Positions 21,498 to 33,625 of a stretch of 64,000 nucleotides of DNA are shown piece by piece (position 1 is the first letter of the stretch; each line of letters begins with the position of its first letter). Source of the DNA: Schmidtea polychroa (Eukaryota); contig CM097887.1 of assembly GCA_044892525.1 (NCBI GenBank), positions 72,540,001 to 72,604,000 on the forward strand, written 5' to 3'. Made by a program: the position numbers and the translations under genes. Below the pieces are notes generated by a model. That model saw only the letters and a program-made list of their open reading frames with translations, ran no database searches and had not been told where the DNA came from.

Positions 21498-23568
21498 GAG
21501 GTACAAAAGGGTGAATATTATATGTGTCATGCCAATATCTGCATTTTGTGATGTTCCGCAGCTATGGTTACACATAGCTATTTGTTTTTTCTTCTGGTAT
21601 AATTGATGAAATAATTTTTTTTTCGTTTTATTATAGCTATTGTTTATTATTATTGTTTATTTGTAATAGTTTTACAGTGTCAATCAAATATATTAATTAC
21701 ATGAATTTATAATATAATTACGTCACAGCATAACAACTATGTTATCTATGTAACTCCGTGAAAGAACCTGAATATTTTTTTATTATAATAACCAATTATG
21801 TATCATTTTACAAATTCGCCTATAATAAATACTTTTTTAAATACATACATATAGAAATGTTGGCCTTAGGGGTTGCTAATTTATTTCGTTAACTTTGATT
21901 TTGAAACATCAAATTATCTTACTTTTATCCCTATGTTACAGTTGTCTCTGCTAGTAGTCATTTGGAAGGGTATAATATGGTTGAGATTAAATGGGCATAT
22001 TAAACTCAGTTAACAAAACTTGAACATACTCCTTAGCAGTTAATTTCTGTTATGTCACTTTCCAATAATGTTTTCTAACTACAATCTTCTGGTTCATTTT
22101 TAATTTTTAAATCATGATCAAAAGTCATTATTTAAAGCAAAATCCGTCAGATATCACTCATTTCAATCATTTTCATGTGTAACTACGGTATGATCTACCA
22201 TGTCTGAGGTTGTAGTAGTTGTATAGTGCAAACTCATTTTGTCGTTGTGACTAGCTTCTTGTGACAACAACCCTAAATAACAACCGTAAAATGTCGAAAT
22301 TTCAAAGTTTTCTTGTGGTAGGTTGCATGTGGAGAGAATCTTTCACTTTCTGGGTGACTATCTATTTGAAACTTTCACTATGTTCACCTTCCACTAGCAA
22401 CCGCGCACAATTATTTTAATCGACAAATAAACGCCCGCCGCAAGCGATTTTGGTACTGATATTTAGCGGGTAGCTGTCGGTAAAAGGTGAGTTCTACCAA
22501 AAGAACTGGTATGGACCCGACCAGCCTCTGGGTTCATGGGCTACAGTAAGAGGTATTACGCCCTATTTCCTCTCGTCATTTTCTCGTTTTAATTTTTCCC
22601 TTAATTTTTGTCACCTATCTTAGACTTCTAGGTAAAATCTTCTATAGAAAAAGAATTTAAAGTATTTTGGAAATTCGAGATTATAGGATAAATATCCTTT
22701 GTGAAATCATCAGTAATTACGTTAATATATTTTATATATGCATAAATTTTGTAATCAACTCAAGTTCGTTTTTTGTTTCCTAATTGTTCTAACTTTAAAT
22801 TTCTTAACTTCCAGATGAAAGAACTGCCTCAACGTTTTATTCGATTTGATGTTTATTTTTTATTGTTGTTTTGATCGATCTAATGGACTAAGATATTCTT
22901 ACACAGAAAACTGTTTTATCTGACTCCAAAGATAGACTTTCTAGCGTGTAGGTAATATAAATAAACTATATGAATTAAATGAAGATCTAAGCCATGAGTA
23001 TTGATATATATTGATATTACGGTCCCTATCCGATAACTTCTTTTCCTCAACTTCGTGAATCACTAAATTAAGTAAATCACTCATAAGTAACTCAAAGATA
23101 AAACCAATAATTGTAGGCGTCTAGCAACCAGTGTCCCTCCTCATAGTTATCACAAGTCGCCTGATTTATCGATTAGGTTTTTCCTTTGTTAACTGTTAAT
23201 GGCCTTTTAATTGGTTTTAATTTAGTTTAATCCGGTGTCGTTTAATTTTGAATGGGTTTTGTAATCTAAGTTCCTGTGCTGTTAACGTTCTACTACATTC
23301 ATTCTTCGACTCATCCTTCTTAGTCAACACTAATGATTTAATATTAATTAATAATTCCGCAATTAAGTTTTGTAAATGAAATTGTAAATGAAACAGATTA
23401 ATGGTTCAAGCTAATTTTGTATCTAATACCTTCTACTTCTTGTATCAAGTAACATGTTTATAAGGAATTATAACAAAACTCGTAAATACCACTATTTTAA
23501 ACTTAACTATAATAAATGAAACCAAATGAGCAAACTATATTCCACCTGACCTTCTAAGCCATTCATAC

Positions 23569-24472
23569 TGTTGAGTTATTGTGTTGGTGACAATGCTTGT
23601 AAATTCAAACTTTTACTCTGACTCCAAAGCGTGTTTTATTAATTCACAAATTAACAATATCGAACACGATAAGCTTTATTAATATTCACACTGGATCGCA
23701 CAAAATTCCAATTACAACCAAATAATTACACAGAGCTTATTGCAACACTACGTGACGAATAGCTCTTTTTGTAACCAGAACAATAATCACTAGCCGTCAA
23801 CCACCCAATTAGAAGGTGCATTGATCGATTGTTCTATCTGCTTTGAACACAAATTTATTTACTCCATTTCCAATTTATATTCAATTTTACAAAAAATTCT
23901 CGTCACTTCTCATTTACTGTGTTTTGAACTCTGTTTAATTCTCCTTTTAAATTTCCTTTAAATTCTCCCTTTGATTCTACTTTTAAATTCTCTAAATTTA
24001 ATTCTCCTTTTTTTGTCTTATTTCTCGGGCAACAGTCCCCCTTTATATCGCTCTTTTCATTTGTGGCACTAGAAATAAATTTTGTTTTTCATTTTCGTTT
24101 TCCTCTGTATTCCCCACTACTTCAGCCTTATCTCTGACACATGTCGAGATATGCCCTGTTTTTTACTTATGTTGTGCCGACTTTTCATGCCATTAAGCTA
24201 TCTTTGACAAACTGTCAAGATACGGCCTTCCCCATATTTTTATTTTTCTGCAATTTGAAATTCCTCCTTCGTTTTTACTTTTTAATTAACAATGACCTTT
24301 GTTTTAATTTTTTGTTTGGTTTATTTTATTTGATTTTCCTTTCTCCTTTTTCATTTTTTTCCTTCCGTTTTCTTCTCTGAGTTCCCAAAGGTCGTCCCGT
24401 TTGTCATGACGATCTTCCCCCAGGTAATTTACTTATTTATTATGCTATTTTATCATTTAGGTATCCAAAACA
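23569..24472 (-). mobile_element. Solo LTR (904 bp), Ty3/gypsy type
   Basis: TGTTG...AAACA termini with a perfect 4-bp TSD ATAC (23565-23568 and 24473-24476). Homologous to 49323-50215. TATA (ATATAAAGGG) and AATAAA are on the minus strand. Confidence 0.9.
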
Positions 24473-24783
24473 ATACACATCATTAAACCTAAAATGTAAA
24501 CTAATAACATAATTATCAAAATGTCGGATATTTTTATTGAATAAAGTTAGTCACTATATTTATTTTCTAGTTAGATTTACTAATTCACAAATTTATAAGT
24601 TTTCAATAGCAAATTGAAATTTATAAATAAATAAAAATTTTATTCGATCATAATTTATTTTCACCGAAGGTTATTTAAACGTGTTTTACTAACCTAAGGT
24701 CAAAATCATAGATCCGCTAAATTTTGGAAATTGATTTCTTATAACTGTTTTTATAAGGTAAATTAATAGGTAATTTACCTTCC

Positions 24784-27700
24784 ATGGATGAATTAATGCT
24801 GGTTATTTAATATTTATACGTATAAAATTATTAATATTAAAACATCAGGCAAGACTCCTCTTGATGACACAAAGACCTTTATTGCTTGCAGAACTAATTG
24901 AAGCTGCTGCAAGTAAATGTGATATTTGCGAAAGTATCCCAAGGAACAGAAAACTAATTCAATGCGTTTTCTGTGATAAAGAATTTTGTTTATCTTGCTT
25001 AGGGAAAGGTTAATAATCAGATTAAATTTTCATCAAGCTATAAATCATTTTCATAGAAAATACCCGTATTTGTTGCAAATGTAATTTTGTCATTGCTACA
25101 GGTGTCGATAAAAATATTCTGAAACAATTTTCTGTTGCACAGTTACGTTTAATTACTAACAACTATAATGTAAATCTAGGAACTATTAATGAAAAAGATC
25201 AAATGATAGATGCAATCTTAGCCAGTTTTAAAAAATCTATTAAAAACAATGAGCAAGTTGTAAATGTAAATGAATTGAAACAGAAAATGGTATTAAATAC
25301 ATTTTACATTTTTTTAATTGACTAATATACAGATAGACATGGAAATTAAAGATAAACTAGATAAAGAAAGACAACTTGAGGAAGAAAAACTTCAGTCGGT
25401 AAAAGATTTGATATTTATTGTTTAAATTTTAAATTTATTTCCATCGATTTAACTACAATGATATAAATGTGATAATAATTTACTATTGTTCTAGCAATTA
25501 TCAAAGTGAGTTGGTATATTTATTATTTATTATGGTAATGTAATATATAATTAGCCAGAATGAAAATTAAAAACTACATTGAGCATTTCATATTATACAT
25601 ACAATTGTAAATACTTATTTACCTAATGTCAATGAATAAATTATTCAATTATTCATGTCAAATCTCAAACTTTTTAACCCTCCATCCCCAAAACGGTAAA
25701 AGTTAAAGCTTTGTATTTCCTGTTAAATTTTCTCCCATTAATAACTTCTGTGAGCAACTAGTCTGAACTATTATATAACTTGATGTTCTATTTCTATTGA
25801 TATATTTATATTTTATGAAATGTGTGACTTATCGCGTATACAAATTGTGTATTCTTAAACCTGAACTCATCGTATTTTAAAGGAACGGTATGGGAAACAG
25901 AGTCATTAGGATCTCAGTTTCTAATATGTGCTTATTTTAATTTTAATTATTTTAAAAAACTTAAGAAAAATGTAAATTTAATAAAAAATTATATTTGTCT
26001 TTGTTGCACATATTGGCTAGAACTGATTTCTAAACCCAAAGTTAGGAAGGAGACCAAATGTGTCAGTACACAACACGCATACCCAGCATTAAGTTGACTT
26101 AAATAAAAATATATAAAACACCAAGTAAACAATGATAATAGAGAGATAATATACCCAAAAAATAAAACATCTGAATTAAAAATAAGATAAAACACGAGCA
26201 AGTATCACACGAAAACTTACTCAAATATAACTGAAAGACATAAAACAACAAAAACAAATTCAAATAAAGGCGAATAATAAAAATTAAAAAGAAAATTAAA
26301 GAAAATTTCCATAAAATCTTACGTAAAGAAAATTATATCAAAATTTTGAATAAAAATCCAGAACAATCCATAAAANNNNNNNNNNNNNNNNNNNNNNNNN
26401 NNNNNNNNNNNNNNNNNNNNNNNNNNNNNNNNNNNNNNNNNNNNNNNNNNNNNNNNNNNNNNNNNNNNNNNNNNNNNNNNNNNNNNNNNNNNNNNNNNNN
26501 NNNNNNNNNNNNNNNATTTATATTAATATTATTTCTTATTATTTCATAAGAAAAATAATCTAAATTTCATTTTTAGAAAAAATTTTCAGACTATTCAAAT
26601 ATTTGCAGTGAAAATAAGAGGTTGTCCGTGAATTTTTGCAACGATGATTCAATTGACATTTCGTTAGATGATATTCCAAAACTTACCATAAAAGAAATCA
26701 AAGTACTTTTAGATCGTTTTAAAGTCGATTATCAAAACATAATTGAAAAGAAAGATTTGATTTCGTTGGCAATTAATTTACATCAGGAATTCATTAGTAT
26801 GACTTTGTATTTCTATATATATATATATATATAGTGCCGGCTCGAGGTCGCTTAAGTAATGGAGTGCCATTTTTGTAATGTTTATATTCTCATATAAAAA
26901 TACCAGTGAATTTGATTTGCATATCTAAAAGAATAAGACACTATGTACAAACTGTTGTATTTGCGATTGAGAATAACAAATACGAACATCTCCGTCATAA
27001 ACAAATGAAAAGAATATAATATAAATGTCATTATGCTAACGTAAGAATTCAAAAAATTATTTTTTCATTATAAAATCCTCCCTATGCAACACAACACATT
27101 TTATTAAAATTCTATCGTTATTCACTCGTGCTATTTTCTTATTTATATAGTGTCAACAAGATACGAGTATACCTATATTATCAAATGAAAAGAAATACAT
27201 ACATTGATTTTGTAATGAATTTAATATTAAGAAAAATTTTTAGAAAGGAAAAAATAAAAATCGATAAAATACAATGCAATAATTTTAAAAAAATTATTTT
27301 GTAACAATTTTTTTTAATATTGAGCGCAAATCTAGTCCCCCTATCTCTTTGGTGCCCTTGGCAAATGCCAATTTCACCCTAAGGAAAACCCTGCCCTATA
27401 TTTATAGTTCATTTATTTTCATTATAGAAATAAAAAATTAATTTTCTATGAACCACAAATTTTCGTTAACGAATTTAAAGCGAGTTATAAGTGAATATAT
27501 GATGATTTCGAGTTTATTTTCTGTATAGCAATTTTTTCGATATTTTTACTTTTCTTTCTAACGAGTTTTCCATATTTTTAACATAAGTTATAGAAAATTT
27601 TAAATGATTCAATATTATTTTAGAAAAAGGTTTAGGAAAAGGTTTAAATTATTTGATAGTGAATGAAATTTTTCATTTATTTCAAATGTTTTTCATGATT

Positions 27701-29410
27701 TTACACAAAAGGTACATTTGACTTATTACGACTTATCTAATGGTACGGACTATTTAATGAAATTTGTTTTGTTTTTTTATATTTTTTTAAACCTTTATAT
27801 TAACTTTGCTGGAATTGAATGTATGTGGCACGCAAACCGTGTGAGAGTTTATTAATGCACTTCCGGTCAATCCGTTTGAGCTGAAACTTGGCGAATGGAC
27901 CTATTGTCGCTGACAATGTGTTTTATTAAGTCTTGGTATTACACTCACAAACAAACACATTGACTCATAGAAGTTGTTTTTACAGCGCTAAAACTTGAAA
28001 TTTTTAAGGCTTTTTGTAATTTGAAAAAAAATTTATATGAATTTGAAAATGATTTGAAATCATGAGATTTCGCATATAATGGATTTATACTAGATACTGC
28101 TTTTGATGGGTTGATTTTTTTATAAATATTGAATATATTTATTTTGTTAGTATAATTTAGATTTATAAAGTATTATTTCTTTTTTAACTGTTGACTTTTT
28201 CACTGTAAGCACTTTTTTCTGGTTTCCTTTTGAACTATTAATGAAATTGGTAAAAGAACTAACGAATTATTAAACATTTTCGATTAGAGGCGAAGAAAAT
28301 TATATCAAACAAATTATATTGAAAGATGAAATTCTCACTAGTATTTCTCTAACTTTTTTATATAAAGCCGTTTAATAAATAATATCGTGTTATATACACA
28401 GATTGGGAAACAAGTTAATTGACTCACTTATAAGTATGTAATTATTCGTGCTTGACTTTTGCAGTGGTCGTTACACCTTCTTTTAAAGGTTTCTCAAATA
28501 TTTCATTTAACAAAGATCATCAGTCTCATTTTTTTCTTTTGCAATTGTAGTTTAATAGCTATTCATTTTTCTAGTAATATTTTTCTACAAAATTCATTTT
28601 TGATCATCCCATGCAATTCTTTATGAAATGACGTCTATTTTTCAATAAACATGATGAGCTTTTTTAGCTTATTTCTCAATCATAAGGTGACAATAATCAT
28701 CCGTATTTTTCTTTATCATTTTTGTCAAATGACAATAAATAATTTTCAAATGTTTATTTAAAAATTATGTAATTTTCAGCTGAAAAACATCTCACCAAAC
28801 ACAAGATGTAATACTACTTTTGTTATCGTTGTCGTCGTTTTTGTTGTTATCAGTTGTCGCTGTCGTCATCTTATTAACATTTGTACTATGATACAACAAA
28901 GTTACACATGTAAATGAATATAATGTCGGTCAATTTGATCCACATCAAAGTATTAGAACTCTTTTGAATGTGTTAAGTAGTCAATGGCGCATGTTTCTCT
29001 TCCTTGTCAATATTAATAATAATTTTATTTAAATAATTTTAATTTAGTAACCAATCTAATAAACACGTGTTTACGTTACTTGAAAGTATGAACGCTTAAG
29101 TATATAATATAATAACATGTGTATTATATTGTAACTATTTGTTTATAATGCATTATTTTAATAAAACAGCAATTTATGAATTATATATAAATTGTTGAAA
29201 ATAGAATTCAAAGAAAAAAGTGGGCCACGTGCAAATATAATTCCAATGAAAGGACAATTGGAATGCAGCATTTGTATGGATGCGTCGATTAATTGTGTTT
29301 TTATTAATTGTCGCCATTCCATGTGCTGTTACAATTGCGGAATTAAGATGCACTCCTGTCCTATTTGTCGGGAGGATATCACAGAGTGTATTGAGATTTG
29401 GATTGGATAA
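24784..29410 (+). CDS. RNF34: RNF34/RFFL (CARP)-like E3 ligase: FYVE-like finger, two SAP-like helical motifs, C-terminal RING
   Basis: Exons 24784-24801, 24849-25008, 25057-25289, 25333-25398, 26590-26796 and 29205-29410, all GT-AG. CDIC..CVFC..FCLSC..CCKC; LKQFSVAQLR..EKDQMID; LTIKEIKVLL..EKKDLI; CSICMDASINCVFINCRHSMCCYNC..CPICR. One phase mismatch implies a missing exon, probably in the 26376-26515 gap. Confidence 0.82.
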
Positions 29411-29978
29411 CTTTATGTTAACTATTTACTTTTTTAACTATGGTACTTTGACTATACTTTAACGAGTTTTTGATAATTTTATGTTTAATTTATAATATAT
29501 AAAAAAAACTTTAAAATGTGCTAAAATTAAAAAACTTTTTATATAAGTCAGAATAGAGTTAGAATCAGAGCAGAATAAAAGCTTGGTGTGTAAACACTAA
29601 TTTTTACCCATTATAAAAATATTGATATTACTCTAATATTTGGATTTACATGTTTCTTTAATGATCTTTACTTGCTTTTCATGTTGATAATTTTCTTTAT
29701 TACGTATCTCATTCCTAACAAGAATCATTTTCCCCCTTTATAATTTCTAATATTTTATTCCCCTATTTCATCATTATCGTAATTCAACTTATATTTCCAT
29801 ATATTTTTGATCTTCCTTTCTGATTCAATTTTATTTTTTATGCTTCATCACATTTGAATTACCAATTGTACGATACTGCAAAATTTACAGTATATATATT
29901 TATATATACAGGCCCGCCAAGAGAGGGCAGAGGGTTCAAATGCCCAGTGGTCTGGCTTCGATTTGTTATATATTTAAA

Positions 29979-30195
29979 TATAACTAGGGGCTCTGCCCCT
30001 GTTCGCTTCGCTTCACCAACCCCGTTAGAACGTGGGGTTAATGTTAAAGTAAATATCCAGGGTATTCTTGGACAGGAGTAAGATTCAGATTATTAATATG
30101 TTTACATAACTATGATAAAAGATAATACAAACGTCTCCTTATTAAAGTAAAATTCTGATGGAGGGGACCCTTAGCTTTTTTATATATAGAGAGAT
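29979..30195. mobile_element. Short non-autonomous Helitron/Helentron-like repeat
   Basis: ACTAGGGGCTCTGCCCCTGTTCGCTTCGCTTCACCAACCCC start and GGGGACCCTTAGCTTTTTTATATATAGAG end resemble common invertebrate rolling-circle MITE ends. Pattern recognition only. Confidence 0.35.
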
Positions 30196-31589
30196 ATTAT
30201 TGACACTTAAGTTGATTAAAATACAATCAGTTTAAAGTTCAAGCATCTGATTGCCATCAGAATAAATTGAACGAACATCAGTAAGTAGTTAAATCTACAT
30301 CGGTATCATTATTCAAAAATAAAGTTTAAAAGATTTTTTAATGCTGGAATTAAAAACTGTTATATTTACTAACCATAACTACTGAAACTGAAACCATGCG
30401 TATCATTTGTGTACTATAGAACACACCCACATGCCACTACGTCAAATAAAACGTCATTTGCTATTTTATGCTTTGTACGATTAACAATTGTTAAGGGCTC
30501 GGATTTTAATCTAATATTTGTGTTTTTCTCTTTACCCATTCCTTGTTCACTCTTAAATACAGACATCGATCCCGATCAACAACCTTCAAACAATCGAATT
30601 CAGAAATTTTTTTAAATTTTAATTTGACTCAGAAAAAAATAATTCAAACTGAAAAATTCAATCAATATTCTAGATCTGGAAGGTTTCTTCTTACAAGAAA
30701 CTAATTTAAGTAGAATTTTTTTTATTATTATTTTTTATTTAAAATAAAAAAAACCTTTTGGATTTATGTTTACACAAATTTATAAAGTTTCAATTTTCAT
30801 GCATATTATTTATTGATAAAGACAATATTGAGTTTAATTTAACCGACATATTTTTATGGTTAACAATATTAATTTTTATTTTTATCCGTAATGAATTTTT
30901 AACCCTATCATTTAGTTAATATTTAATTAAAATTAATAAATTTGCCATAAAATGCCAATTTGTCAAAAATATAATGCCATTTTTTATTTTTTATGCCAAT
31001 TTCGGGTCTCCCTAATCATTACTAATGGGTAATTGTAAATGTATCCTATGCTATGCATATTTGTCCTGGACGAATCTTTCTGAAATCCCGAGCTTCGCAA
31101 TATTTTGACTGTTTTTCTTTTGTTTTAAACATATGTACCAAAAGTGGTTATTTTGTGGATTATTTTGTTGCTTATTTATCCCGGACGGTCCATAAACCTA
31201 AACACGTCAGTAGAAACATTAAGATCACACGAGATTACTCAGTTTTTCTTGATATTAGTTGAAACAATATCGATTAGAAAATCAACTTCGTTGACGACAA
31301 TTTAGAAACCAAGAATACCAAACAAAATTACTAGGAATGCCAAAACCAAATTCTCATTGATAATAATATATATAATTCCTCGCATAACAACAGGTGTAAA
31401 AAGAANNNNNNNNNNNNNNNNNNNNNNNNNNNNNNNNNNNNNNNNNNNNNNNNNNNNNNNNNNNNNNNNNNNNNNNNNNNNNNNNNNNNNNNNNNNNNNN
31501 NNNNNNNNNNNNNNNNNNNNNNNNNNNNNNNNNNNNNNNNNNNTTTACAAATAAATCATCAATTACCAGCGAAATAAATAAATTACTTG

Positions 31590-31905
31590 TAACTTTTGCA
31601 GTTCCAAATATTCTTTCAATCAATTTGTAAAGTTCTCATTAGTTTTCAAAAGTCGACAAAATTCATTTCTGAAATCATTTTTAATTGGGTACCATTATCA
31701 GAATGTAAATTTCTTGGTATAAATTTTCTGGAAATATATCTTGAATTTATACTTTTCAAAGAAATCAGCATTGTATATCGAATATAGATAACAATTATTT
31801 ATGTGGACCTGTAATATCAAAACATATATTCCCAAAAGCTTCATTTGAAAAAACACGTTTTTCAGTAGTTCCTTTTGAAGGTTGAACAATTTTTCTTTTA
31901 GAACA
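31590..31905 (-). pseudogene. Decayed Ty3/gypsy integrase core fragment, interrupted by LTR B
   Basis: FGNICFDITGP and PRNLHSDNGTQLKNDFRNEFCRLLK in shifted frames. Confidence 0.65.
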
Positions 31906-31929
31906 TGTGTTGAGTCTTATAAATAGGAA

Positions 31930-32318
31930 TACAAAGTATATGTGCAAGCCTATCACGGAAGAAGACAATGTCTTCCTCGAACTTCATCAAAAAACAGAAG
32001 TCAGACAACCAACAAGAAATCCTGCAAAAGCTGTGTGGATACGCTTTTATCGCCATGCACTTTCAATATATGTGTCACGGGGGTCAGTCAAGTGACCCCG
32101 AAATCTATTCCACCTCCAACGAAAGACACACCTCCTGTGTCACTGGTCAAATCGAAACGCCGAAAACCGACTCGATTGGAACGAAACATAAAACGAAAGG
32201 CTTTGCAGCACGAGAGACCCAACTAATTGGTGAAGTGGTTCGACAAGCCCTGAAAACTCCACCAGAGGGCAGTGGCTTCAACCGGGTAGTCGTGGGTTAC
32301 AGGTGGTCGGAGGATTAA
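31930..32318 (+). pseudogene. ORF-X copy 2 (C-terminal half, frameshifted), starting at the LTR B edge
   Basis: KVYVQA / PITEEDNVF..H / SCKSCVDTLLSPCTFNICVTGVSQVTPKSIPPPTKDTPPVSLVKSKRRK aligns with copy 4 (ACKGYVETTLSPTSSEIIITDTSQVSPKSAQQPMADKPPVVTEKPKRK). Confidence 0.7.
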
Positions 32319-32679
32319 GTGCTGTTACCAGCGTAACCCAAAATACAACATTAGAGTTTCCACTTGGTACCCTTTGAGTAATCAACGTTGGTACTGTACC
32401 AAGGGTTGAGTACTCTTAAAAAGTGAGCGCATCAAGGCACTATAATTGTCGAGTACTCCATGGGTTCACGGACTACCGATAGAAGGTGTGTGTCCGATTT
32501 CTCAGGTCCCTTATCAAAATTGTTTTCACAAAATCTCAACTCACTAATTCTCAATCACTCGATATTTGCGAACAATATACCTCCTACAACACTTGTTAAC
32601 TAAATTGTATTTATACCATAACAATAAACAACCAAAAATTCAATGCGTATAGTCCAGATGACTGTTCGTATTGCTGGGA

Positions 32680-33091
32680 TTACGTGGGCGTCGCCCTTTC
32701 TTGTCGTTCATACTCGGCTAATCTAGCCTTCTTTAGCTTTTCCCGGATGTTTCGTCCCAGCCGCTTCCTTTTGGGCTTATCTTTCGCGGCCGGAGGGTAG
32801 ATTGCTGCCAACTCCACTTATTGTGGCTCCGTGAACTGCTTGTTCATTGCATTCGGTTTCTAACGCACGGAGTTGGAGCTTCAAGGCCCGGATCTCCATC
32901 TGATCCTGCGCGGCTTGGGTCTGCAGTTGGAGGACCTGCGCCACCTTATTTTTCATATCCTGGGGACTAAACCAGGTGCTTTCTAGTTCTCGGCACCGTC
33001 CCTTGAGTCTGTCCACTCGGACTCGGTGATCCTCGGCCTGTTTTTGTGCTTCTTCCCTGTCCTTTCGCAGGTTCTCCAATAGTTTGAACAC
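32680..33091 (-). pseudogene. ORF-X copy 3 (divergent, antisense in LTR B)
   Basis: Coiled coil with ELESTWFSPQDMK; after a frameshift, KDKPKRKRLGRNIREKLKKARL. Confidence 0.6.
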
Positions 33092-33262
33092 GCTGGGGCG
33101 ACAGGTACTAGCAACGAACTAAGCTCTTCGTCTGCTTACCTTTCCTTCGGTTGTGCTCGTTATGAGTGGTTCGCTCTGCATACAAGTAATTTATTTAATT
33201 TGCTAATTTCTAAATTTCCAGGGGATGTATATCGGATCAGGATATCGATTTTTTTGTAGTTA

Positions 33263-33625
33263 CCTGTAATAATAATAATAATACTAATAGTAATAACAAT
33301 GAAATAACGATACTAATAATAATAATAATAATGATAATAATAATGATTTTAATATTAATAATAGCAATGATAATAATAATACTAATAATAATAAATTTTA
33401 ATAATGGTAATGATGGTGATAATAATAATAATACTAATAGTAATAGTAGCAAGAATAATAATAAATTTTAATAATGGTACTGATAATGATGATAATAATA
33501 ATAATGCTAATAATGATAATCATAATAACAAGAATAGTAATACTAGTAGTAATGATAATAATAATGTGGACACTACTAATAGTAATAATGAGGGAAATGA
33601 TCAGGATTATGATAATTATAATTTT
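33263..33625. repeat. Degenerate (AAT)n low-complexity tract
   Basis: Read directly from the sequence. Confidence 0.9.

Noticed and set aside
22172-22227. let-7-like 23-mer TGAGGTTGTAGTAGTTGTATAGT in a weak hairpin
   Set aside because: The seed differs (GAGGTTG versus GAGGTAG), it needs indels to align, and it sits on the 3' arm. The opposite strand reads as decayed coding sequence (YTTTTTSD...LKIKNEPED). Small-RNA data would settle it.
6271-29410. Direct capture of the element RING from the neighbouring RNF34-like gene
   Set aside because: Only ligand spacing is shared. Residues between ligands and the N-terminal regions differ, so they are the same class but not evidently parent and copy.
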